A stretch of 64,000 bases of DNA, from the NCBI GenBank assembly GCA_963718615.1, contig OY970368.1:3488001-3552000 (forward strand), written 5' to 3'. Each line of letters begins with the position of its first letter. The stretch's first letter is position 1. Positions 1-11,017 of the stretch are shown in pieces. The DNA comes from an uncultured cyanobacterium. Lineage in GTDB: Bacteria > Cyanobacteriota > Cyanobacteriia > PCC-9006 > JAAUQQ01. The position numbers and the translations under genes were made by a program. The notes beneath the pieces were generated by a model that worked only from the letters and a program-made list of their open reading frames with translations, did no database searches and was not told the origin of the DNA.

Positions 1-28
1 CACACCCACGATACTTCCCATTCTTGCC

Positions 29-358
29 ATGTCCGACCTCACTTCCCCGCTGCATACGCACATTAACGCCCAAATTTTGGCCGAAATTCTGCTGCAAGCC
101 CGAGAAAGCTTTGCCCTCGCGAAACATAACTATCGATTGGCGCTCGCGGCAACGAGTGCCAGTGTTTTGATTAGTTTGACCGGGATTGGTATTATCGCGA
201 GCGGTCGTGCTTCAGAGGGGGCGATCGCTGCCGCCACGGGGGCATTGCCCATCATCGGCTGTGTCCAGTTGCTCAAAACCGCTGGGGAACAGCTAGAATC
301 TGCGAGCAAACAGCTCAATCAAACCTTAGATAATTTGAGCTTACATCCTCCAGGCTAG
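29..358 (+). CDS. Small two-TM membrane protein, resembling the cyanobacterial TRADD-N-associated 2TM domain
   Basis: 109-aa ORF; LLQARESF..LALAATSASVLISLTGIGIIASGRASEGAIAAATG pattern recalled from that family; no search run. Confidence 0.5.
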   Translation: MSDLTSPLHTHINAQILAEILLQARESFALAKHNYRLALAATSASVLISLTGIGIIASGRASEGAIAAATGALPIIGCVQLLKTAGEQLESASKQLNQTLDNLSLHPPG

Positions 359-540
359 GAATCTACGTGGATCTACGTGGTCCTAAAGGACTAGGATGCT
401 TGGTACTAAAGCCCTTGCGATCAGTCTTCAAAGACAGTCATCTAGATCCATGTGGTCCTTAAAAAAATTCCCTAAGATGTAAATATCAAAACATTCGGGT
501 TGCGGTTCTTACCGCCTCCCCCATTCAAGGAGATCCATTC

Positions 541-1104
541 ATGAAACGCCTCTCTATCGCTTTACTCGCCGCTGTCACTCTCATGCCCCTGGGCAGTCTT
601 GTTCTCAACGTCGATGCGGCTCAAGCCCGAGGCGTTCGCCGCAATAATACGATTGCCGCTGCGAATACAACGGGTGCTCGTCCCCAAAAGTTGGCTCAAC
701 GGGGTGATAGCAATTTGACTCCCGAGCAGCGCGCTGCTAAACAGGCAGAGCGGGAAGCGAAAATGACTGCCAAAATGAAAGAAACTCTGGGCCTGAGCGA
801 TGCTCAAGTTTCTCAAATCGAAGGGATTCGGGCTTCTTTCAAGCCTCAGTTTGAGAGCCTGCGCACAGAAGCAAAAGCACTCAAAGATAGCGGTGCAACT
901 AAAGAGCAAATGCAGCCTATTCGCGACAAAATGAAGGCCCTGCATGAGCAAATGCAAGCTTCGATCAAAGGGGTTCTGAGTGCTGATCAAGTGCAAAAGC
1001 TGGACGCGATGAAAGCCCAGTGGGGAGATCGTAAGCATGGCAATCGCCAAGGCGGACGTCAAAATCGCCAAAACGGTCAACAAAGCGGCAATACCCAAGG
1101 CTAA
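541..1104 (+). CDS. Spy/CpxP-like periplasmic helical protein
   Basis: Signal peptide, AAGGAG RBS, LTxxQ-type motifs (LTPEQ, LSDAQ, LSADQ). Confidence 0.75.
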   Translation: MKRLSIALLAAVTLMPLGSLVLNVDAAQARGVRRNNTIAAANTTGARPQKLAQRGDSNLTPEQRAAKQAEREAKMTAKMKETLGLSDAQVSQIEGIRASFKPQFESLRTEAKALKDSGATKEQMQPIRDKMKALHEQMQASIKGVLSADQVQKLDAMKAQWGDRKHGNRQGGRQNRQNGQQSGNTQG

Positions 1105-1115
1105 TTCAGCTTCGG

Positions 1116-1178
1116 CCCAGAAACTTGACCCAGAAACTTGACCCAGAAACTTGACCTAGAAATTCAGTTTCTGGGTCA
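1116..1178. repeat. 13-bp tandem repeat (CCCAGAAACTTGA x3) plus inverted copy; probable bidirectional terminator
   Basis: Seen directly between two convergent genes; GTTTCTGGGTCA is the reverse complement of the unit. Confidence 0.6.
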
Positions 1179-1625
1179 GTACTGCTGATTTTCAATGATG
1201 GGACAAATGATATTGGGTTGAGAGAACTGAGGGCTATTTGGGTCCACAGCCATGAGCTCAACCAGTTCTTCCCTTAGGATAGAAAGCTGTCGAATTTGCT
1301 CATCAATAGCTGAGATTTTATCGTTTAACTTATGACGAACGTTGTCACAGGGAAGTTGGCCGCGATCATGAATTTGTAAAATTTCGCCAATTTCCTGGAG
1401 ACTGAGACCGAGTTTTTGCGATCGCCGAATAAAAGCCAAGCGTTTCAACACAGCTGGTTTAAACAGCCTAAAACCTCCCTCCGTCCGCTGGGCCACCGGA
1501 ATCAGCCCCAACTCCTCATAATAGCGAATGGTTTTGATGGGAACTTGGCTCTGTTGCTGAAGTTGACCAATACGCAAGAGCTGAGCAGGATCTGTCAGAG
1601 GAGCCGTTGGGAGCGTTTGAGTCAT
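1176..1625 (-). CDS. MerR-family heavy-metal-responsive regulator
   Basis: IKTIRYYEELGLI..RTEGGFRLF HTH; LPC and ICPII cysteines. Confidence 0.93.
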   Translation of the reverse strand: MTQTLPTAPLTDPAQLLRIGQLQQQSQVPIKTIRYYEELGLIPVAQRTEGGFRLFKPAVLKRLAFIRRSQKLGLSLQEIGEILQIHDRGQLPCDNVRHKLNDKISAIDEQIRQLSILREELVELMAVDPNSPQFSQPNIICPIIENQQY

Positions 1626-1667
1626 GGCATTTAAGTCATGGCGTTTGAGTCATGGTGCATTGCTTTC

Positions 1668-2690
1668 CTAGGACGGTTTACATTTTAGCGCAAGGGCACA
1701 AGCCGCATCGGAGTCATCCAGTTCGATTTGCAAGGTGGTGTGTTGAATCTGGAAATTTTCCTGTAATCCTTGATTGACTTGGGCAATGAATTCATCCCCT
1801 GGATGTCCGGCTGGCATCACGAGATGGGCTGTGAGCGCAATTTCTACGGTGCTGAGACTCCAGATATGTAAATCATGCACCTCGGTCACGCCTGGACACT
1901 CCGCCAGATAGGTGCGAACGGCTCGCTCATCTAAGTTCTCAGGAACGCCATCGATCGCGAGATGAAAAGAGTCTTTTAAGAGTTGCCAAGTGCTGAAAAT
2001 AATGAATAAGCTAATGACTAAACTGAAGGCTGGATCGAGCCAGAGCCACTGGGTCAGGAGAATGCCGATCCCCGCCAAAACAACGCCGACCGAAACCAAC
2101 GCATCTGCCATCATATGTTGAAAGGCCGCTCGGATGTTTAGATCAGCTTCGCGACCGGAAAGAAACATTAAAGCGGTTCCTGTATTAACCAAAATACCAA
2201 CAAGGGCAACGCTAATAATGATCGTTCCTTGAACTTCATCCAGATGGGTGAGCCGCTGTAGGGATTCCCAAATAATACCGCCGGTAGCAACCAGCAGAAA
2301 ACCCGCATTGAGAAAAGCCGCCAAGATGGAAGATTTCCGCCATCCATAGGTGTATCGAGCAGAGGGCTGCCGTTGAACCAAGACAGTGGCAATCCAGGCT
2401 AGCAATAGGCCCAAAACATCGCTGAGATTGTGACCGGCATCTGCCACGAGCACCACCGAATTGGCGAATAACCCAGCAACAAACTCAATGATCACAAAAC
2501 TGCTGTTGAGCAGTAATCCAATGATAAAAGCACGATTGTAGTTAGCGGGAGCTGGGTGATGATGTCCATGATGATGTCCATGATGATGCCCGTGATCATG
2601 TCCAGAATCATGATTACGGTTATGACTATGGTTATGAGGCGTTGGGTCGTGATGGGATGGCGAATGATGTGAACTGTGTTCATGGGACAT
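1668..2690 (-). CDS. Cation diffusion facilitator (CzcD/ZitB-like) with His-rich N-terminus
   Basis: ADAGHNLSD, HMMAD, VHDLHIWS and HTTLQIE motifs; ATG at 2690 preferred over TTG 2714. Confidence 0.93.
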   Translation of the reverse strand: MSHEHSSHHSPSHHDPTPHNHSHNRNHDSGHDHGHHHGHHHGHHHPAPANYNRAFIIGLLLNSSFVIIEFVAGLFANSVVLVADAGHNLSDVLGLLLAWIATVLVQRQPSARYTYGWRKSSILAAFLNAGFLLVATGGIIWESLQRLTHLDEVQGTIIISVALVGILVNTGTALMFLSGREADLNIRAAFQHMMADALVSVGVVLAGIGILLTQWLWLDPAFSLVISLFIIFSTWQLLKDSFHLAIDGVPENLDERAVRTYLAECPGVTEVHDLHIWSLSTVEIALTAHLVMPAGHPGDEFIAQVNQGLQENFQIQHTTLQIELDDSDAACALALKCKPS

Positions 2691-2911
2691 ATTTTCAGAC
2701 TCCAGCAGACTCAAACGTAAACAGGCTTCTGCATCAAAGCAGACCCCCTTGATCTTAGTTCAGCAGTGTTGCCAATGCCCCACTCGCCTGCTGTCCCACG
2801 GCAAAACCCTTAATACGAAAACCTTAAAAGGGACATGGCGATGCCATGTCCCAACTAAAGCGCTCAATCCAACCTATAGCTCTGGGTTCTATAGCCCTGG
2901 ATTAGATCAGC

Positions 2912-3721
2912 CTAGGCTGCATTTCCCTTGCGGCGACGCTTCAAAATTGTGCCACCCACAACACTCGCGAGACCCAAAACCATACCTGGCTCAGGTACGG
3001 AGGTGGAGCTGACCTCCGGATCAAAGCCCGTGAACCGCCCATCACCCACATGGAACGAGTGGTTATCGGTTTCAAAGCCACCGCCCCCAACCTGGGAAAT
3101 GACAATGCGGTTAAAGAGTTCATTTTCACCTTCAGCATAGAAGTGGGCGTAGCCATTGCCTTGGCCGCCATTTTCCGAGCCTAGGCCACTGCCGGGATGG
3201 AGATTGGAGTAGAGATAAAAACCACCTGCATCTTCAATGTCTTGAGTGTTAAAGCTCTGAAGTAGAGTATCACCTTGATAGAAGGAATAGGTGTTACCGG
3301 CATGGGCTGCGCCCCAATTAATGCCGAAATAGTTGAGATTTTCTTGCAGGTCAATAATGACGTTATTGCCTTGGAAAACTGCGAGATAATTAGAAGTATT
3401 TTTCTCGCCTTCAGCTCCCGTCGGTGCCCACATATCGGCCCGAACACTGCTGTTGCTGCTGCCATTAGAAAACGAATACTGGGCAAATGCATCTGTGGCG
3501 GTGGGCAGTTTGCCATCGTTGAAGTCGATCGTGGTGGTTCCGTCTAAATCGTAGAACTCGGAAAACGCGCCTTGGTTGGTTTCTCCATTGGAACCGGCAA
3601 TCCCAGAGGTCATTTTGAAGGTGAAGGCTTGGGCGGGATTAGTTGCGCCGAGGATGGCGATCGCCCCAAAGGCCAATGCGGAAATAACGTTAAAGCCGAG
3701 CTGCTTGGAGATAGCGTTCAT
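2912..3721 (-). CDS. PEP-CTERM exosortase-sorted surface protein
   Basis: Signal peptide ending AQA; C-terminal VPEP + TM + KRRRK. Confidence 0.9.
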   Translation of the reverse strand: MNAISKQLGFNVISALAFGAIAILGATNPAQAFTFKMTSGIAGSNGETNQGAFSEFYDLDGTTTIDFNDGKLPTATDAFAQYSFSNGSSNSSVRADMWAPTGAEGEKNTSNYLAVFQGNNVIIDLQENLNYFGINWGAAHAGNTYSFYQGDTLLQSFNTQDIEDAGGFYLYSNLHPGSGLGSENGGQGNGYAHFYAEGENELFNRIVISQVGGGGFETDNHSFHVGDGRFTGFDPEVSSTSVPEPGMVLGLASVVGGTILKRRRKGNAA

Positions 3722-4366
3722 AGTTCTCTTAAATCAATGGATGAGTTGTACAGCGGTGGTGGGTGTCGGTGGGTGAACCGTTTTGCACCGCTCTTAACTA
3801 CCTCATTACCCTAACGGCTCAATTCCAAAATTGAGGCTCAACAGGTCTAAGCTTGATAAAACGATTTTTATATGGCTATCTCAGCTTTTTTTAAGACTAG
3901 AAAATTTTGCTGATGACTTCTTTTTTCCGTAAAATCAGGGTTTTTTACAGGCAGAGACTCAGCCAATTTCTGTAGATGCGGGTCAGATTTTTGCGCTTCC
4001 GATATTTTGTAGATGCCAAAAATATGCTGACTGAGTAAATTAACGCAAAACCTTTAATCAAAGTGAATCTGTTCTCAGATTTATCAGGGCATTTAGCATG
4101 TTTCAGTAAAGCAAATACGGAACCTTTTGTTGATAGAAAATTTGCTTAAACTTTAGGGATTTAACAAGTAAGCGTAAATACACGGATGTCATTCTAGAAA
4201 TACTTGATTACAGGTGATAAAGTCCAATCTAGTAATTACACGCAACTTGCTTGACGTGTGCATATAGAGATCAGGAGATCAGCTTTAGCTTGCATCTGCC
4301 GAGTCTGAGCTCATTGCTGAAATTGCCAGCGGTGAACGAATTTTAGAACTCGGGGATAATACTCCA

Positions 4367-7300
4367 ATGAATTCATTTCAGGTTAGCAGCTTTGGTGGCC
4401 AAGCTTCCCATGGACTTTCCACAGTAGAATTAGGACTGGAAAAACAGCTATTGGGAGAAATGCCATCGCTACAGTCATCCGGTGGAACGTTAGTCTTTGT
4501 TGATAGCCAGTTGCAAAATTATCAGGAGCTTGTTGAGGGGATAGAGGATGCAGAAGTTATTGTTTTAGCGGGCGATCGCAACGGCCTTGTACAAATCACA
4601 GAAACGCTCTCACAAAAGCAAAATCTCGGTAGTGTTCAGATTTTTTCCCATGGCGATGTTGGCGCATTGCAACTTGGTAATGCTCAACTCGATGCCAGTA
4701 ATTTAAATACCTATGGAACGTTGCTCCAGCAATGGGGACAAGCCTTAAATCCCACTGGCGATTTATTACTCTATGGTTGCAATGTTGCCGCTGGCAATTT
4801 AGGACAAGCGTTTGTTCAGCAGGTAAGCCAGCTTACCCAGGCGGATGTAATGGCTTCCAACGACCTCACGGGCAACGGCGGCGATTGGCAACTAGAAGTA
4901 GCCACAGGGCAGATCGAAGCGCAGACGGTTTTGAATTTAACCACGCAGGTCAACTATCGCGGCACCCTGGCAACCTATAACGGCCATGAATACCTATTGA
5001 CCAACGCCAGCAAAACCTGGGTTGAGGCCCAAGCAGAGGCCATTGCCCTGGGGGGAAATTTGGTAACCGTTAACGATGGGGCGGAGGAGGCTTGGCTGCA
5101 GCAGACCTTCGGCACGACGGAAAGCTTCTGGATTGGCTTAACTGACGAAGCGGTAGAAGGGCAGTTCCAATGGGTGAGCGGCGAAGCTTTAGGCTACACC
5201 AACTGGGCTCCGGGCCAACCCGATAACTATCTACTGGCGGGGGGCGAAGATTACGTTGCGCTCAATTTCAGAACCACGCAAAAGTGGAACGACGCCAGCA
5301 GCACCCAAAAATATCGCGGCATCATTGAACTCAACACCCCCAATAACAATGCGGGCGTCCTCGGATTCAGTCAGAGCGATTGGGTTTTTAACGAGGGAGA
5401 AAAGACGGCGACATTGACAGTCAACCGAACCCAGGGCATTACAGGTACGGTGACGGTGGATTACGCAACGGTGGCAGGAACGGCGATCGCCTCCCAGGAT
5501 TACACCGCCCAATCCGGCACCCTCACCTTTGCCCCCGGCGAAACCCAAAAATCGATTCAACTGACGCTGCTCAACGACACCCTTCAGGAAGGCGACGAAG
5601 CCTTCACGCTGGAACTCAGCAACCCCACGGGCGGTGCGACGCTCACCCCTAATTCCAACGGTCAGCCCACGACCCAGATTACGACCCAAATCACACTGCG
5701 AGATGACGAATCCAGTTTTTCCTACAACGGCAAGACCTATCGCTTGACCCAGGGGACCAAAACCTGGGCCGAAGCCCAGGCGGAGGCTCAGACCCTGGGG
5801 GGTAACTTAGTCACGGTCAACGATGGGGCGGAACAGGCTTGGTTGCAGCAAACCTTTGGCACCACCGAAGTCCTGTGGAATGGCATGACGGACCAAGCCG
5901 TCGAAGGGCAGTTTCAATGGATCAGCGGTGAGGCCGTCACCTACACCCACTGGGCACCGGGCCAGCCCGATGACTATCAGCCCGTGGGCGGCGAAGACTA
6001 CGGTACGCTCAATTTCCGCGCAACCCGGCAATGGAATGATGCCCATGGCTCGAATAAGTTTCGCGGGGTGATTGAAATTACCCCCGGCGCAGGCAATCCC
6101 GGCGTCATCGGTCTGGCTACCAGCAATTTTGTCGTCAATGAGGGTGAACAGTCCGTCACCGTTAAGGTTCTGCGCACCCAGGGCGCGAGCGGCACGGTTA
6201 CGATCGACTACAGCACCGTCGAGGAAGATGCGATCGCCGGAGAAGATTTTGTCAGCCAAACCGGTACCCTCACCTTTGAAACCGGGGAAGTGGAAAAATC
6301 TGTGGTGATTCCACTGCTGAATGACATGCTGCTGGAGGGGGATGAGGCGTTTGGATTTGTGATCGATCGCCCCACCGGTGGTGCAACCCTCCTGGCCCCA
6401 CGCACCGCCCAGATCACTCTACGGGACGACGAATCCAGCGTTTCCCACAACGGCAAAATCTATCGACTCACCCAGGGAGCTAAAACCTGGGACGATGCCC
6501 AGGCCGAAGCCCTCACCCTCGGGGGGAACCTGGTCACGATCAATGACGCCACGGAGCAGGCTTGGCTAGAGCAAACCTTTGGCACCACCGAAGTTCTCTG
6601 GACCGGACTGACCGACGAAGAGGTTGAGGGCCAGTTTAAGTGGATCAGCGGCGAAGCGGTCACCTATACCCACTGGGCACCGGGCCAGCCCGACGACTAT
6701 CAGCCCGTGGGCGGCGAAGACTACGGCACGCTCAATTTCCGCACGACGAAACAATGGAACGATGCCAATGGCCTCGCGAAATATCGGGGACTGATCGAAA
6801 TTACGGACCCCGGCCCGGTCATCGGCACGGGCAACGGCCTCCGCGCCGATTACTACGACAACCGCGACTTCACCAACCCCACCCTCAGCCAGACCGATGC
6901 CACCGTGGACTTTAACTGGGGATCCGCCGCGCCCTTGCTCTCCATGGGCGTCGATACATTCTCAGTGCGCTGGACGGGCCAAGTGCAGCCCCTCTACTCG
7001 GAAACCTACCAGTTCAAAACCACCAGCGACGATGGCGTACGACTGTGGGTCAATAATCAACTGATCATCGACAAACTGGTCAATCAGGCGACCACCAGCC
7101 ACACGGGCAGCATCACCCTAGAAGCGGGCCAAAAATACGATATTCGCCTGGACTATTTTGAAAACACCGGCAACGCCCTCGCCCAACTCGCCTGGTCCAG
7201 CCCCAGCCAAACCCTGGAAATTATTCCCCAAACCCAGCTCTATTCGGATCCCCTGGGACCCAACCCAACCCTTGTCAGCGAAACCGTCGTGAGCAACCTG

Positions 7301-8533
7301 GTTCTGCCCACCGCGATCGACTGGACCCCCGATGGTTCCAAGATGTTTGTGGCGGAGAAAAGCGGCGTGGTCAAGCTGTTTGAAAATGGGGTGCTGGCGG
7401 CAACGCCCTTTATCGATATTTCGACCCAGGTGAACGATACGCGCGATCGCGGCCTCCTCGATATCGCGGTCCATCCCGACTTTGCCAATCATCCCTACGT
7501 CTACCTGCTATTCACCTACGATCCCCCGGAGGTTTATCAGCATACGGGCGATCCCCTCGCCGGTCCTGATCAAAACGGCAACCGAGCCTCGCGGCTGATT
7601 CGGGTTACCGCCAACGCCAGCACAGGCTATAGCACCGCCATTCCCGGTAGTGAAGTCGTTCTGCTCGGCACCAACAGCACCTGGGACAACTTCAATGCCT
7701 TTGCCAACAGCACGTTTGACTTCAACGAACCGGCTGCAGGTATCCTACCCGACGGCACCAATCTGCAAGATTTCCTGGCCACAGACAGCGAATCCCACTC
7801 CATTGGCTCCGTTAAATTTGGCCCCGATGGCGCACTCTACGTCAGCAATGGTGATGGCGCTTCCTACAATCGCATGGATCCCCGAGGCATCCGGGTACAG
7901 GACATCGACAACCTCTCGGGCAAAATCCTGCGCATTGACCCGATCACGGGCGAGGGGCTAGCCAACAACCCCTTCTTTAATGGGGATGCCGCTGCCAACC
8001 GCTCTAAGGTCTACCAATATGGTCTACGCAATCCTTTCCGGATCAGCGTGGATGACGCCACCGGCAAGGTCTACATCGGCGATGTTGGCTGGACCAGGTG
8101 GGAAGAGATTAATGCGGGTGCGCCAGGAGCCAACTTTGGCTGGCCCTACTACGAAGGCGGCAGTGGCGCTAACCTCAAAACCACGGGGTACCGGGATCTG
8201 CCTGAAGCGATCGCCTTCTACGCCAGTGGTCAAGTCGCAACCCCTTCGCTGTTTGCCCTCAGCCACTCCGGCACCGGAATCAACGCGATCGTCATGGGTG
8301 ATGTCTATAACGGCAGCCTCTTCCCAGAATCCTACCAGGGCGATCTGTTCTTCAACGACCTGGGCCAAGGTATTGTCCGCAATGTCAGCTTTGACGTCGC
8401 AGGCAATGTCACCACGGTAGAAACCTTCACCACGGGGGCAAATGTAGTCGTGCAAATCGTTCAAGGTCCCGATGGGGCGCTTTATTACGTGGATCTGGAT
8501 GATGGGGTCGTAGGTCGTTGGCTGTTCGAGTAG
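4367..8533 (+). CDS. DUF4347 - (C-type lectin/Calx-beta)x2 - C-type lectin - PA14 - PQQ-type sugar dehydrogenase propeller protein
   Basis: SHG..LYGCNVA (DUF4347); WIGLTD..GQPD..WND lectins; TVDYAT..DY..GTLTF..GET Calx-beta; FSVRWTG..SDDGVRL PA14; YGLRNPFR..GDVG..EEIN..NFGWP GSDH. Confidence 0.88.
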   Translation: MNSFQVSSFGGQASHGLSTVELGLEKQLLGEMPSLQSSGGTLVFVDSQLQNYQELVEGIEDAEVIVLAGDRNGLVQITETLSQKQNLGSVQIFSHGDVGALQLGNAQLDASNLNTYGTLLQQWGQALNPTGDLLLYGCNVAAGNLGQAFVQQVSQLTQADVMASNDLTGNGGDWQLEVATGQIEAQTVLNLTTQVNYRGTLATYNGHEYLLTNASKTWVEAQAEAIALGGNLVTVNDGAEEAWLQQTFGTTESFWIGLTDEAVEGQFQWVSGEALGYTNWAPGQPDNYLLAGGEDYVALNFRTTQKWNDASSTQKYRGIIELNTPNNNAGVLGFSQSDWVFNEGEKTATLTVNRTQGITGTVTVDYATVAGTAIASQDYTAQSGTLTFAPGETQKSIQLTLLNDTLQEGDEAFTLELSNPTGGATLTPNSNGQPTTQITTQITLRDDESSFSYNGKTYRLTQGTKTWAEAQAEAQTLGGNLVTVNDGAEQAWLQQTFGTTEVLWNGMTDQAVEGQFQWISGEAVTYTHWAPGQPDDYQPVGGEDYGTLNFRATRQWNDAHGSNKFRGVIEITPGAGNPGVIGLATSNFVVNEGEQSVTVKVLRTQGASGTVTIDYSTVEEDAIAGEDFVSQTGTLTFETGEVEKSVVIPLLNDMLLEGDEAFGFVIDRPTGGATLLAPRTAQITLRDDESSVSHNGKIYRLTQGAKTWDDAQAEALTLGGNLVTINDATEQAWLEQTFGTTEVLWTGLTDEEVEGQFKWISGEAVTYTHWAPGQPDDYQPVGGEDYGTLNFRTTKQWNDANGLAKYRGLIEITDPGPVIGTGNGLRADYYDNRDFTNPTLSQTDATVDFNWGSAAPLLSMGVDTFSVRWTGQVQPLYSETYQFKTTSDDGVRLWVNNQLIIDKLVNQATTSHTGSITLEAGQKYDIRLDYFENTGNALAQLAWSSPSQTLEIIPQTQLYSDPLGPNPTLVSETVVSNLVLPTAIDWTPDGSKMFVAEKSGVVKLFENGVLAATPFIDISTQVNDTRDRGLLDIAVHPDFANHPYVYLLFTYDPPEVYQHTGDPLAGPDQNGNRASRLIRVTANASTGYSTAIPGSEVVLLGTNSTWDNFNAFANSTFDFNEPAAGILPDGTNLQDFLATDSESHSIGSVKFGPDGALYVSNGDGASYNRMDPRGIRVQDIDNLSGKILRIDPITGEGLANNPFFNGDAAANRSKVYQYGLRNPFRISVDDATGKVYIGDVGWTRWEEINAGAPGANFGWPYYEGGSGANLKTTGYRDLPEAIAFYASGQVATPSLFALSHSGTGINAIVMGDVYNGSLFPESYQGDLFFNDLGQGIVRNVSFDVAGNVTTVETFTTGANVVVQIVQGPDGALYYVDLDDGVVGRWLFE

Positions 8534-8994
8534 CCTTCACCTCAGCCATAAGTAAATCTAATCGCAAAGACCGCAAGCTCCTGATTTTTCAATTAATAGA
8601 GATTGTCGAACCCTGTGCATAGAAACTCGAAATTTCGTTGTTTTGGTGTTGCAGCTGACAAAATGCTGCAATCCCCAAACAAGGAGGCCGCAATGATGCC
8701 AAAACACTGACGGCTCTAGACTTTGCGGCTTAAATCCCCCTGTCGCTCAAAGTGTCCCGGATTAATAAGTTAAGCTTATTGATTGGGGCTACAACAAAGT
8801 CATTCTTAATGCTCAGGATTCAGCTCAAGTTTTTGCTTAGTATCAAAAATGGAATCTAGACAAAACCTCGGGCCAAACCTGAGAATTTCTGCTCTAGAAG
8901 ACGGGACAGCTCAGCGACTTGCGTTGAGTGGAGTTGAGCCATCAGCCCAGTCCTAGGCACATGCCGCTTTTTACCTTTTTGGAGAGGATCACAA

Positions 8995-9294
8995 ATGGCA
9001 AGCTACAAAGTAACGCTGGTTAGCGAAGCTGAAGGACTGAATACCACGATTGAAGTGCCCGAAGATCAGTACATTCTGGACGCAGCTGAAGAGCAAGGCA
9101 TTGACCTGCCCTACTCCTGCCGTGCCGGTGCTTGCTCCACCTGCGCAGGCAAGATCACCTCGGGTACCGTTGACCAGTCTGACCAGTCTTTCCTCGATGA
9201 TGACCAAATCGAAGCTGGTTTTGTGCTGACCTGCGTGGCTTACCCCACCTCTGACTGCACCATTACAACCCACATGGAAGAAGAGCTGTACTAA
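8995..9294 (+). CDS. petF: Plant-type [2Fe-2S] ferredoxin I
   Basis: [15 protein letters not shown]...VLTCVAYP; GGAGAGG RBS. Confidence 0.98.
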   Translation: MASYKVTLVSEAEGLNTTIEVPEDQYILDAAEEQGIDLPYSCRAGACSTCAGKITSGTVDQSDQSFLDDDQIEAGFVLTCVAYPTSDCTITTHMEEELY

Positions 9295-9311
9295 GCTCTA
9301 GGGTATGGGAG

Positions 9312-9345
9312 GGGCCTAGGCGAATAACCTAGGTCCTTTTTGTTT
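9312..9345 (+). terminator. Intrinsic terminator of petF
   Basis: GGGCCTAGG-loop-CCTAGGTCC followed by TTTTTGTTT. Confidence 0.8.
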
Positions 9346-9448
9346 GTTCCTGTCACCCTGTTTGGAGGGACTGCAAGTTGCCTAGAGGGAGTGGGTTTTG
9401 AGGAAATCGGCCAAACGCAGGGCTATAGCCACAATCGTCAGGATCGGA

Positions 9449-10697
9449 TTAACATAGCCGCCCGTGGGAAAAGTTGAACTGCCCGCGCCCGAACAACGTT
9501 AGCTGCATCGTCTGAACTCCAAGGCCAGCAGACTTTAAGTTTTGGAAATTTAGGGCATCGCGATCGCGACTCAGCACGACTCGGTTCTCGGGGTCCGGCG
9601 ATTGTTCTAGCTGATGCCAGACTTCAAAGCGCGAAAACCGCTGCCGATTCTCTGCCAGCGCAGACCATCCCCCCCGTCCCAGATTGGGCATGAGCGACTG
9701 CCGCTGGGTTTTGGCTCGGTAAATCGCCGGGAGAATGTAATCGAGTCCCCCTAAAATCTGTTGTCCCTGTTTCAGCAAGGCTTGGGTCGATGACCGGGGC
9801 TTTTGGTCTGCCAGGGCGGGGAGCGATCGCTGGGGCATTCCTGATCCTAAAATGGATTCACCAAGGGTTTTGAGGGCGGCGATCGCATTCGTTTGCCGTG
9901 GATTCGGTCTAGGAAACAAGAGGGCGCTCAAATTAAGCAATTTTTCCCGTTCTAGCACCGATCGAGCCAGGCGCAGAAATCCCATCACGGGTGTATTTTC
10001 AACTAGGTGCAGATCGTAGAGAGCAGATTGATTTAAGAGTTGGCGATCGCGGGGTATAAAATAACCCCCTGGGGCCTGGGGATGATCATGATAGTATCGG
10101 CCCACCACGTCATGCAGATTGCCTAGACCTGCGGGTTGCTGCTGATTGGACAGCAACAACAATCTTGCATTTTGAAAACCGCCACAGGCCAGAATGAAAA
10201 CCCGAGCTGAAACCCAAATTTCGGTTCCGTCTAGCATGGTAAACCGTACAGATTTAACTGACTTTCCGCTCGAATTGACTTGAATCTCTGTGGCCGTTGC
10301 ATGGGTATAGACCGTGATATTGGCAGCAGCTTCTAACTGCACTTTTGCCTGGTGATAAAAAGCATTGGCTGCACCAAATTGGAAGATTCCCGTTTCGAGG
10401 GTTTGTGAATCTAAAGGCCAAGGCTGGACGGATTCATGGCTCCATTGTTCAGCATTGTAGGCATAGAGACCTGCCTGACAAACCTTCTGGGCACGCTCAT
10501 AATAAGGCTGCAGATGGGCTCGGTCAAAGGGCCAGCCGCTGTAGGGAAGCCAATCACGCTTTTCAAAATCAATCTCGTCAAACGGAGCGTAACGTACCCC
10601 ACGCTGACCTTCACGAATTTTGATGGACCAAATATTGGAGTTGCCACCAATCTGTTGTTAACTGTTTCACACGCAACGAGCGCATGTCCACTAGCAT
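9449..10697 (-). pseudogene. GMC-family oxidoreductase pseudogene
   Basis: MLVDMRSL start at 10697 joins out of frame to IGGNSNIW..GWP..YYERA..ACGGFQNARLLL..VGRYYHDHP..EQSPDPENRV; GxGxxG and C-terminal region absent. Confidence 0.8.
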
Positions 10698-11017
10698 GGT
10701 GAATAATCCTAAAATTTATTATAAATTTGTTGTTTAAATTGAGAGTCCAAACAAGTCTGCTGAGTGTCAAACCTTACGGAATATATCTGACCATAAATAA
10801 TTTGAGCGCAATAAATTACCCCGCCCTGAATGTATCAAACAATAGACCAGGATTTGGGGTTTCGCGATTATAAATTTTGTTTTTTTAACTGTCAATCGTT
10901 CAGTCAAGAGACTGGAAGCCTTAATGGGTCTCCCGAGTCTCTCCTGGAGCCTGGGTAAAACCAGGCTCTTCTTTTATTTAGAATCTATTAGGTAGGCTTA
11001 ATTGCTCTAAGAAGTGT

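Noticed and set aside
10947-10975. Hairpin as nrtD terminator or sRNA end
   Set aside because: The U-tract is on the plus strand, opposite to nrtD, and no plus-strand transcript can be supported.
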